This document shows positions 39,267 through 50,387 of a stretch of 64,000 nucleotides of DNA, in pieces. The notes beneath the pieces were generated by a model. That model saw only the letters and a program-made list of their open reading frames with translations, was not told the DNA's origin and made no database searches. Position 1 is the stretch's first letter; each line of letters begins with the position of its first letter. This stretch comes from Psammoneis japonica (lineage: Eukaryota), in contig QPGO01000242.1 in the NCBI GenBank assembly GCA_008632985.1, positions 1-64,000 of the forward strand, given 5' to 3'. The translations under genes were made by a program, and so were the position numbers.

Positions 39267-39651
39267 GACGCGTTCCAGGTCCAGGTGGGACCTCGCACTG
39301 CTGAACTGTGACATTGACAGTTTTTTGAATCGCGTCGTATGTCGTGCACGCACATTTCCATGTGATTGTGGCAAAATTTTGTGTGATTTTACAGTGCAAT
39401 TGTCAGGCCATGCATTGACCAACTTTTGACATTTTTTTCTTCTGCGCCATTCTCGAGTGTCTTGAGAATGGCGCAGGGCAGGCATGTTGTCCAAAACTTC
39501 GAGCACCTGCATGGACAGATGTGCCACAAACTTGGCCGTTTTTTTCATGTTGAAGACAAATGTGTCCATCAACCAGAGTGCGAACTGCAGAGCTTGCAGA
39601 ATTCCACGGGGCAAATGTCACAAAAAGTCCCACCTGGGGCTGGAACCCGTT
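39267..39651. mobile_element. Family A MITE inserted in the satellite, TSD GACA
   Basis: Same TIRs as 16573-16961; GACA at 39263-39266 and 39652-39655. Duplicate at 43920-44303. Confidence 0.9.
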
Positions 39652-39733
39652 GACATGTTTGTTTTCCTTGAAACCACATGTTTGTTTGCATGTTTGTTTT
39701 CCTTGAAACCACACATTTGTCTCACTTGAAAAC

Positions 39734-40123
39734 GATGGGTTCCAGTCCTGGATGGGACTCCGTGTGACATTGGGCCCACAGAATTCTGTGTGCGAGCTCC
39801 GCAGTGTGAGAATTTGACCAATGGGTGTGTTTGTCTTCAACATCAAATGAACTGCCAAGTTTGTGGTGCAATTGTGCCTCTTGCCACTCGATGTTTTTGC
39901 AGGTGCGCCTGCCCTGTGCGACTCTCAAGACATTGTAGAATCGTGCTGCAACAAAAAATGTCAAAAGTTGTTGGACGGATCGCTCAATGAATGCACCGCA
40001 AAATGACAAAAAATGTCAAAAAAATCACGCAGAAATCTGCGTGCGCAACATGCAACGTGATTCAAAAAACTGTCGATGTCACAGCTCAGCAGTGCGAGGT
40101 CCCACCTGGACCTGGAGCGCGTC
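39734..40123. mobile_element. Family A MITE variant, opposite orientation (duplicate near 44386-44753)
   Basis: gatgggttccagtcctggatgggac ... gtcccacctggacctggagcgcgtc; no clean TSD. Confidence 0.8.
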
Positions 40124-40274
40124 TGTCATCATCTCAAGTGGTGAGCTGCAGTGTCTCGAGTGCTCAACATCCAGTCTTGAGTGGCAGGCGCCATCTTGAG
40201 TGGGGCCCCTGGCAAATTTTGTCTCTGTTGGCTCTGTGCTGTCTCGAGCGGCAAACATCCAATGTCCAATCTAA

Positions 40275-40815
40275 CGTTTTTCTTGAAAACACATGTTTGT
40301 TTTCCTTGAAACGACATGTTTGTTGTCCTTGAAAAGACATTTTTTCCCCCTTGAAACGACATGTTTGTTTTCCTTGAAACGACATGTTTGTTTTCCTTGA
40401 AAAGACATGTTTGTTTTCAAGACATGTTTGTTTTCCTTGAAACAACATGTTTGTTTACATTGAAAAGGCATGTTTGTTTTCCCTGAAAAGACATGTTTGT
40501 TTTCCTTGAAATGACGCGATTGTTTTTCTTGAAATGACACATTTGTTTTCCTTGAAAAGACATGTTTGTTTTCCTTGAAACGAAGTGTTTGTTTTCCTTG
40601 AAAAGACACGCTTGTTTTCCTTGAAACAACACACTTGTTTTCCCAGAAAAGACATGGTTGTTTTCATTGAAACCACATGTTTGTTTTCCTTGAAACGCCG
40701 CGTTTGTTTTCCTTGAAAAGACATTTTTTCCCTTGAAGCGACGTGTTTGTTTTCCTTGAAACGACATGTTTGTTTTCCTTGAAAAGACATGTTTGTTTTC
40801 AAGACATGTTTGTTT
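40275..40815 (-). repeat. 23-bp satellite array (duplicate at 44905-45445)
   Basis: Tandem units. Confidence 0.95.
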
Positions 40816-41280
40816 GACCTTGACATTGAAGTCTTCTCTGCAGACAGGCCCAAGTCCCGCTCTGGCACTCAACTCACCTTGCGCGTGCAAAAGCACCCTG
40901 ATTTTCAAGTCAGGGAAAACAACAGAGTGCGCGCTGTTGGGGTCAAACTGGCGAGGGGTGTCGTGGACAGTCAGCTCACTTGCTCACAGTTGGCTGGGGC
41001 ACAGCAGGGTGTCAGTCATTCTTTCCCTGAAAAACACAGCCTCGTGAGCTGGCAGTGGGTGTGGCTGTCCATTGGCTGGATCAACCCACATGGCAGCAGC
41101 CACGCAAATGGGGACATTCCTCATTGGCGCGTGCTCTTCGGAGCAAGGATGCACTGCAGCAGCGTGGTTGCTGACAACAATTTGTTCAATGTTGCAGAGA
41201 AAAATGGAGTGGCTGGCTGTCTCAACATGACCCAAATGACGGCTGCACTGTCGAACAGCAGTGCTCCTCTCATTGTTGCT

Positions 41281-41540
41281 GGCCTGTTCCAGCTCCAGGT
41301 GCTCTGCTTTTCATCACTCGAGAGGCCGATTTTCTGCGCAGTTCAGCGCAATTGACTCCTTCAATTTTGATCGTTTCGAAAATCAAAAGGTGAGTGCACA
41401 CCCAAAAATGCATGTAAAGTGCACACTCACCCTTTGATTTGGCAAAAAACGGATTTGGAAAAAGTCAATTGCGCCAAATGCACAAATTTCCAAATGATGG
41501 GAATCGAACCCGCGCGGAGCACCTGGAGCTGGAACAGGCC
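41281..41540. mobile_element. 260-bp foldback MITE (family C), perfect 24-bp TIRs, TSD TGCT
   Basis: ggcctgttccagctccaggtgctc at 41281-41304 and its reverse complement at 41517-41540. Inner inverted repeats at 41346-41357/41463-41474 and 41380-41399/41419-41440. TGCT on both sides. Confidence 0.92.
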
Positions 41541-41558
41541 TGCTGTGAAAAGATCAAG

Positions 41559-42233
41559 ATGTCGTCTCCAGCACCACCGGCAAAGAAGAGAAAGAAAAAT
41601 GAGACTGTTGAGCCAATGAGCCTGAGACTTCAGGCAGTGTTGAAGAGAATGGGCACGCAGGCAGTGCATGGTGCGCTGAAACCAGAAGTGGAGAAGGTGG
41701 CTGGAAATGATCTCTTTTCACAGGTGAAGTTTCTCAGTCCATCAGATTTGGCAAGCAGCACGAGCGTCTCAATGTTTGTCAAGAAACAGATTGCTGGTGG
41801 CAACATGGACACTTCAAATTGGTCAGGAACTTGGGAGGAATGGGCAAAAGAGGTGGCAAAAAGGCAAGTTGACAATCTCAGAAACACGGTGTGTTCGGCT
41901 GTTGGGGCGGAGGCAATGGCCCGCAAGTTGGGCAACCAATGTGTGTGACTCGAGAGTTGCGCGCATCTCGCAAGAAGATGATGGTGATGCTTTGTCTGTG
42001 CAGGCGTTGTCGCCAAGGAAGAGGGAAAGGAAAAAGAAAAGAAACTCAAGGCGGCAGTCAAGAGGAAAAAGCAAGGCAGGAAAAAGTCAAGCCGTGACAA
42101 GAACGAAAAGAAAGACATCCCGATTGTGCCGACATGGGATCCGCTTGGCCCAGACACTGTTGCTGGCAGCAAACGAAGGAACAAGCAGGCACGCAAGTGG
42201 TTCTGTGATCACACCCCTGTTTGCAAAAATTGA
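41559..42233 (+). pseudogene. Relic of a spliced gene of unknown function (copies at 46189-46863 + and ~48340-49012 -)
   Basis: MSSPAPPAKKRKK...LFSQVKFL...WSGTWEEW...NLRN. An 81-bp intron-like segment 41923-42003 (GCAAGT...tgtgcag) restores frame to VVAKEEGKEKEKK...KWFCDH. Confidence 0.6.
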
Positions 42234-42477
42234 CAAACCAAGGATTGTGCGGCAACGCAATCATGGACTGGCACATGGCAACAAGGTGGAGGCAGAAATG
42301 GCGATGTGGGCACAGTGAAAAATGGCGCACATGATTCTCAACAAGTTGTCGTGAAATTGGCACAGCAAACTTGCAACCAGAGGTTGGCCTGTCATTGTGC
42401 GACAACAATTTTTTGCAACATTTTGACAAATTGCCATCATGCAAATCCACACATTTTTAACGTTTCGTGCACTCTGA

Positions 42478-43340
42478 TGCGTGTGTTGTGCACAGCATCA
42501 TTGCACAGCATTTGTCCAACTCTCCCTCTCATCGCAGGATGGGTTGTCACCATGTGGTGCATCTGCACAGCGGACTTGCGAATTTGACCATGCACTCCCT
42601 CTGTCAGGCAGGATGGGTTGGTGCCATGTGGCGCATCCGGCCAAGGGAGGAGTGGGTTCGAAGCCCAGCCGCCCACCCCGGATGGGGTTGGAAAGGGGCA
42701 GGCCGAGAAAGAAAAGGAGGCTTGGATTTGAGGCCGATTTGAGCCACCGACCTCAGGAAGTGCAAAGACTCACAACCACTCAGAACGCTGCACACTGCCC
42801 TGGCGAGTGCAGGAGGTTCTCAACAACCCAACAGGCAAAGAAGTTGCCACTCGGCTGGCTGTTGAGTCCCTTCTCCGCACACACATTTGGGCGTGTGTTG
42901 TGCGCAGCATCATCACACAGCATTTGTCCAACTCTCCCTCTCGTCGCAGGATGGGTTGTCACCATGTGGCGCATCCGCACGGAGGACTCACGAATTTGGC
43001 CATGCACTCCCCATGTTGGGCAGGATGGGCCAGCGCCATGTGGCGCATCCGGCCAAGGGAGGAGTGGGCTTGAAGCCCAGCCGCCCACCCTGGATGGGGT
43101 TGGAAAGGGGCGGGCTGAGAAAGAAAAGGAGGCTTGGATTTGAGGCCGATTTAAGCCAGTGACCTCAGGAAGCGCAAAGACTCACAACCACTCAGAACAC
43201 TGCACACTGTCCTGGCGAGTGCAGGAGGTTCTCAACAACCCAGCAAAGAAGTTGCCACTCAGCCAGCTGTTGAGCCCCTTCTCCGCACACACATTCAGGC
43301 ATGTGTTGTGCACAGCATCGTCACACAGCATTTGTCCAAC
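42478..43340. repeat. ~410-bp tandem repeat (~2.1 copies)
   Basis: gtgttgtgc(a/g)cagcatc...cacagcatttgtccaact near 42483, 42895 and 43303. Confidence 0.85.
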
Positions 43341-43342
43341 TG

Positions 43343-43919
43343 AACATGTCCTTTCAAGGAAAACAAACATGTTTTCCTTGAAAAGACATGTTTGTTTTCT
43401 CTGAAAAGACATGTTTGTTTTCCTTGAAACAACACGTTTGTTTTCCTTGAAACAACATGTTTGTTTTCCTTGAAATGACACGTTTGTTTTCCTTGAAATG
43501 ACATGTGTGTTTTTCTTCAAACGACATGTTTGTTTTCCTTGAAACCACATGTTCGTTTTCCTTGAAACGACACGTTTGTTTTCCTTGAAAAGACATGTTT
43601 GTTTTCCTTGAAACGACATGTTTGTTTTCCTTGAAACGACATGTTTGTTTTTCTTTAAAAGACATGTTTGTTTTCCTTGAAACCACATGTTCGTTTTCCT
43701 TGAAATGACACTGTTTGTTTTCCTTGAAAAAACATGTTTGTTTTTTTTTGAAACCACGTGTTTGTTTTCCTTGAAACGACATGTTTGTTTTCCTTGAAAA
43801 GACGTGTTTGTTTTCCTTGAAACAACACGTTTGTTTTCCTTGAAAAGACATGTTTGTTTTCCTTGAAACGACATGTTTGTTTTCCGTTAAAAGACATGTT
43901 TGTTTTCCTTGAAACGACA
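43343..43919 (-). repeat. 23-bp satellite array with an orientation switch near 43370
   Basis: One plus-strand unit followed by minus-strand units. Confidence 0.95.
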
Positions 43920-45910
43920 GACGCGTTCCAGGTCCAGGTGGGACCTCGCACTGCTGAACTGTGACATTGACAGTTTTTTGAATCGCGTCGTATGTCGTGC
44001 ACGCACATTTCTACGTGATTGTGGCGAAATTTTGTGTGATTTTACAGTGCAATTGTCAGGCCATGCATTGACCAACTTTTGACTTTTTTTCTTCTGCGCC
44101 ATTCTCGAGTGTCTTGAGAATGGCGCAGGGCAGGCATGTTGTCCAAAACTTTGAGCACCTGCATGGACAGATGTGCCACAAACTTGGCCATTTTTTTTCA
44201 TGTTGAAGACAAATGTGTCCATCAACCAGAGTGCGAACTGCAGAGCTTGCAGAATTCCACGGGGCAAATGTCACAAAAAGTCCCACCTGGGCTGGAACCC
44301 GTTGACATGTTTGTTTTCCTTGAAACCACATGTTTGTTTGCATGTTTGTTTTCCTTGAAACCACACATTTGTCTCACTTGAAAATGATGGGTTCCAGTCC
44401 TGGATGGGACTCCGTGTGACATTGGGCCCACAGAATTCTGTGTGCGAGCTCCGCAGTGTGAGAATTTGACCAATGGGTGTGTTTGTCTTCAACATCAAAT
44501 GAACTGCCAAGTTTGTGGTGCAATTGTGCCTCTTGCCACTCGATGTTTTTGCAGGTGCGCCTGCCCTGTGCGACTCTCAAGACATTGTAGAATCGTGCTG
44601 CAACAAAAAATGTCAAAAGTTGTTGGACGGATCGCTCAATGAATGCACCGTAAAATGACAAAAAATCTACGTGCGCAACATGCAACGTGATTCAAAAAAC
44701 TGTCGATGTCACAGCTCAGCAGTGCGAGGTCCCACCTGGACCTGGAGCGCGTCTGTCATCATCTCAAGTGGTGAGCTGCAGTGTCTCGAGTGCTCAACAT
44801 CCAGTCTTGAGTGGCAGGCGCCATCTTGAGTGGGGCCCCTGGCAAATTTTGTCTCTGTTGGCTCTGTGCTGTCTCGAGCGGCAAACATCCAATGTCCAAT
44901 CTAACGTTTTCCTTGAAAACACATGTTTGTTTTCCTTGAAACGACATGTTTGTTGTCCTTGAAAAGACATTTTTTCCCCCTTGAAATGACATGTTTGTTT
45001 TCCTTGAAACGACATGTTTGTTTTCCTTGAAAAGACATGTTTGTTTTCAAGACATGTTTGTTTTCCTTGAAACGACATGTTTGTTTACATTGAAAAGGCA
45101 TGTTTGTTTTCCCTGAAAAGACATGTTTGTTTTCCTTGAAATGACGCGATTGTTTTTCTTGAAATGACACATTTGTTTTCCTTGAAAAGACATGTTTGTT
45201 TTCCTTGAAACAAGTGTTTGTTTTCCTTGAAAAGACACGCTTGTTTTCCTTGAAACGACACACTTGTTTTCCCAGAAAAGACATGGTTGTTTTCATTGAA
45301 ACCACATGTTTGTTTTCCTTGAAACGCCGCGTTTGTTTTCCTTGAAAAGACATTTTTTTCCCTTGAAGCGACGTGTTTGTTTTCCTTGAAACGACATGTT
45401 TGTTTTCCTTGAAAAGACATGTTTGTTTTCAAGACATGTTTGTTTGACCTTGACATTGAAGTCTTCTCTGCAGACAGGCCCAAGTCCCGCTCTGGCACTC
45501 AACTCACCTTGCGCATGCAAAAGCACCCTGATTTTCAAGTCAGGGAAAACAACAGAGTGCGCGCTGTTGGGGTCAAACTGGCGAGGGGTGTCGTGGACAG
45601 TCAGCTCACTTGCTCACAGTTGGCTGGGGCACAGCAGGGTGTCAGTCATTCTTTCCCTGAAAAACACAGCCTCGTGAGCTGGCAGTGGGTGTGGCTGTCC
45701 ATTGGCTGGATCAACCCACATGGCAGCAGCCACGCAAATGGGGACATTCCTCATTGGCGCGCGCTCTTCGGAGCAAGGATGCACTGCAGCAGCGTGGTTG
45801 CTGACAACAATTTGTTCAATGTTGCAGAGAAAAATGGAGTGGCTGGCTGTCTCAACATGACCCAAATGACAGCTGCACTGTCGAACAGCAGTGCTCCTCT
45901 CATTGTTGCT

Positions 45911-46170
45911 GGCCTGTTCCAGCTCCAGGTGCTCTGCTTTTCATCACTCGAGAGGCCGATTTTCTGCGCAGTTCAGCGCAATTGACTCCTTCAATTTTGA
46001 TCGTTTCGAAAATCAAAAGGTGAGTGCACACCCGAAAATGCATGTAAAGTGCACACTCACCCTTTGATTTGGCAAAAAACGGATTTGGAAAAAGTCAATT
46101 GCGCCAAATGCACAAATTTCCAAATGATGGGAATCGAACCCGCGCGGAGCACCTGGAGCTGGAACAGGCC
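45911..46170. mobile_element. Family C foldback MITE, second copy
   Basis: Same TIRs and TSD as 41281-41540, within the segmental duplication. Confidence 0.92.
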
Positions 46171-47522
46171 TGCTGTGAAAAGATCAAGATGTCGTCTCCA
46201 GCACCACCGGCAAAGAAGAGAAAGAAAAATGAGACTGTTGAGCCAATGAGCCTGAGACTTCAGGCAGTGTTGAAGAGAATGGGCATGCAGGCAGCACATG
46301 GTGTGCTGAAACCAGAAGTGGAGAAGGTGGCTGGAAATGATCTCTTTTCACAGGTGAAGTTTCTCAGTCCATCAGAATTGGCAAGCAATGGGAGCATCTC
46401 AATGTTTGTCAAGAAACAGATTGCTGGTGGCAACATGGACACTTCAAATTGGTCAGGAACTTGGGAGGAATGGGCAAAAGAGGCGGCAAAAAGGCAAGCT
46501 GACAATCTCAGAAACACGGTGTGTTCGGCTGTTGGGGCGGAGGCAATGGCCCGCAAGTTGGGTGACCAACGTGTGTGGCTCGAGAGTTGCGCGCATCTCG
46601 CAAGAAGATGACGGTGATGCTTTGTCTGTGCAGGCGTTGTTGCCAAGGAAAAGGGAAAGGAAAAAGAAAAGAAACTCAAGGCGGCAGTCAAGAGGAAAAA
46701 GCAAGGCAGGAAAAAGTCAAGCCGTGACAAGAACGAAAAGAAAGACATCCCGATTGTGCCGACATGGGATCCGCTTGGCCCAGACACTGTTGTTGGCAGC
46801 AAACGAAGGAACAAGCAGGCACGCAAGTGGTTCTGTGATCACACCCCTGTTTGCAAAAATTGACAAACCAAGGATTGTGCGGCAACGCAATCATGGACTG
46901 GCACATGGCAACAAGGTGGAGGCAGAAATGGCGATGTGGGCACAGTGAAAAATGGCGCACATGATTCTCAACAAGTTGTCGTGAAATTGGCACAGCAAAC
47001 TTGCAACCAGAGGTTGGCCTGTCATTGTGCGACAACAATTTTTTGCAACATTTTGACAAATTGCCATCATGCAAATCCACACATTTTTAACGTTTCGTGC
47101 ACTCTGATGCGTGTGTTGTGCACAGCATCATTGCACAGCATTTGTCCAACTCTCCCTCTCATCGCAGGATGGGTTGTCACCATGTGGTGCATCTGCACAG
47201 CGGACTTGCAAATTTGACCATGCACTCCCTCTGTCAGGCAGGATGGGTTGGTGCCATGTGGCGCATCCGGCCAAGGGAGGAGTGGGTTCGAAGCCCAGCC
47301 GCCCACCCCGGATGGGGTTGGAAAGGGGCAGGCCGAGAAAGAAAAGGAGGCTTGCACTTGAGGCCGATTCGAGCCAGCGACCTCAGGAAGCGCAAAGACT
47401 CACAACCACTCAGAACGCTGCACACTGCCCTGGCCAGTGCAGGAGGTTCTCAACAACCCAACAGGCAAAGAAGTTGCCACTCGGCTGGCTGTTGAGTCCC
47501 TTCTCCGCGCACACATTTTGGC

Positions 47523-48119
47523 NNNNNNNNNNNNNNNNNNNNNNNNNNNNNNNNNNNNNNNNNNNNNNNNNNNNNNNNNNNNNNNNNNNNNNNNNNNNNN
47601 NNNNNNNNNNNNNNNNNNNNNNNNNNNNNNNNNNNNNNNNNNNNNNNNNNNNNNNNNNNNNNNNNNNNNNNNNNNNNNNNNNNNNNNNNNNNNNNNNNNN
47701 NNNNNNNNNNNNNNNNNNNNNNNNNNNNNNNNNNNNNNNNNNNNNNNNNNNNNNNNNNNNNNNNNNNNNNNNNNNNNNNNNNNNNNNNNNNNNNNNNNNN
47801 NNNNNNNNNNNNNNNNNNNNNNNNNNNNNNNNNNNNNNNNNNNNNNNNNNNNNNNNNNNNNNNNNNNNNNNNNNNNNNNNNNNNNNNNNNNNNNNNNNNN
47901 NNNNNNNNNNNNNNNNNNNNNNNNNNNNNNNNNNNNNNNNNNNNNNNNNNNNNNNNNNNNNNNNNNNNNNNNNNNNNNNNNNNNNNNNNNNNNNNNNNNN
48001 NNNNNNNNNNNNNNNNNNNNNNNNNNNNNNNNNNNNNNNNNNNNNNNNNNNNNNNNNNNNNNNNNNNNNNNNNNNNNNNNNNNNNNNNNNNNNNNNNNNN
48101 NNNNNNNNNNNNNNNNNNN
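47523..48119. other. Assembly gap
   Basis: Run of N. Confidence 1.
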
Positions 48120-49279
48120 ATTAAAAATGTGTGGATTTGCATGATGGCAATTTGTCAAAATGTTGCAAAAAATTGTTGTCACACAATGACAGGCCAACCT
48201 CTGGTTGCAAGTTTGCTGCGCCAATGTCGTGACAACTTGTTGAGAATCATGTGCGCCATTTTTCACTGTGCCCACATCGCCATTTCTGCCTCCACCTTGT
48301 TGCCATGTGCCAATCCATGGTTGCATTGCCACACAATCCTTGGTTTGTCAATTTTTGCAAACAGGGGTGTGATCACAGAACCACTTGCATGCCTGCTTGT
48401 TCCTTCGTTTGCTGCCGGCGACAGTGTCTGGGCCAAGCAGATCCCATGTTGGCACAATCGGGATGTCTTTCTTTTCATTCTTGTCACGGCTTGACTTTTT
48501 CCTGCCTTGCTTTTTCCTCTTGACTGCTGCCTTGAGTTTCTTTTCTTTTTCCTTTCCCTCTTCCTTGGTGACAACGCCTGCACAGACAAAGCATCACTGT
48601 CATCTTCTTGTGAGATGCGCGCAACTCTTGAGCCACACACACTGGTCACCCAACTTGCGGGCCATTGCCTCCGCCCCAACAGCTGAGCACACCATGTTTC
48701 TGAGATTGTCAACTTGCCTTTTTGCCACCTCTTTGGCCCGTTCTTCCCAAGTTCCTGACCAATTTGAAGTGTCCATGTTGCCACCAGCAATCTGTTTCTT
48801 GACAAACATTGAGACGCTCCCATTGCTTGCCAGTTCTGATGGACTGAGAAACTTCACTTGTGAAAAGAGATCATTTCCAGCCACCTTCTCCACTTCTGGT
48901 TTCAGCGCACCATGCACTGCCTGCGTGCCCATTCTCTTCAACACTGCCTGAAGTCTCAGGCTCATTGGCTCAACAGTCTCATTTTTCTTTCTCTTCTTTG
49001 CCGGTGGTGCTGGATTGGCGGTGGCAGGTTTTGACCGCCAGACATCAAAAATGGAGTTGCTCAATTGTGGGTGCTGCTCAAGCATTCCAGAGGTGTCACA
49101 CATTTTCATCTGGGAGAGGATCAACCCCACAAATTGCTGCACATTGCAGCCTCATGGATCCAACTGAACTTGGGGACAGGCGCGAGCTTCTTGTGGGGTG
49201 CAGATGCTGTTCTCCTGCACATGGAATCGTGTTGGTTTGCTTCCGTCAGTGCGTTCTTGCGCAGAATTCAAGGCAAACT

Positions 49280-50387
49280 CATGTTGTTTTAAGAAAGACA
49301 AACGTGTCATTTCAAAAAAAATGTCAATTCAAGGAAAACAAATGAAAACAAACATGTCGTTTCAAGGAAAACAAACGTGTCATTTTAAGGAAAACAAACA
49401 TGTCGTTTCAAGGAAAACAAACATGTCGTTTCAAGGAAATCAAACATGTCTTTTCAATGAAAGCAAACATTTCGTTTCAAGGAAAACAAACATGTGGTTT
49501 CAAAGAAAACAACACTTTCTTTTCAAGGAAAACAAACATGTCTTTTCAAGGAAAACAAACATTTCGTTTCAAAGAAAACAAACATGTCTTTTCAATGAAA
49601 ACAAACATGTCGTTTCAAGGAAAACAAACATGTGGTTTCAAGGAAAACAAGCATGTCGTTTCAAGGAAAACAAACACACCATTTCAGAGAAAACAAACAT
49701 GTTGTTTCAATGAAAACAAATGTGTCTTTTCAAGGAAAACAAACATGTCGTTTCAAGGAAAACAAATGTGTCTTTTCAAGGAAAACAAACATGTCGTTTC
49801 AAGGAAATCAAACATGTCTTTTCAATGAAAACAAACATGTCGTTTCAAGGAAAACAAACACGTGCCAAGGAAAACAAACATGCCATTTCAAGGAAAACAA
49901 ACATGTTGTTTCAAGGAAAACAAATGTGTCTTTTCAAGGAAAACAAACATGTCGTTTCAAGGAAACAAACATGTCGTTTCAAGGAAATCAAACATGTCTT
50001 TTCAATGAAAACAAACATGTCATTTTAAGGAAAATAAACACGTCGTTTCAAAGAAAACAAACATGCCATTTCAAGGAAAACAATCATGTTGTTTCAAGGA
50101 AAACAAATGTGTGTTTTCAAGGAAAACAAACATGTCGTTTCAAGGAAAACAAACATGCCATTTCAAGGAAAACAAACATGTTGTTTCAAGGAAAACAAAT
50201 GTGTCTTTTCAAGGAAAACAAACATGTCGTTTCAAGGAAAACAAACATGTCGTTTCAAGGAAATCAAACATGTCTTTTCAATGAAAACAAACATGTCGTT
50301 TCAAGGAAAACAAACATGTGTTTTCAAGGAAAACAAACATGTGGTTTCAAGGAAAACAAACATGTCGTTTCAAGGAAAACAAACATG
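49280..50387 (+). repeat. 23-bp satellite array
   Basis: Tandem units. Confidence 0.97.

Larger units (their letters stand above)
39100..47522. repeat. ~4.63-kb tandem segmental duplication (39100-42890 vs 43750-47522)
   Basis: Near-identical ORF translations at a constant offset of 4630 (e.g. 40789/45419, 41419/46049, 42058/46688). Confidence 0.92.

Noticed and set aside
42625..42670. Pol III promoter (GGTTCGAAGCC) in the 410-bp repeat
   Set aside because: The candidate A box is too close, and the B box is altered in the adjacent copy.
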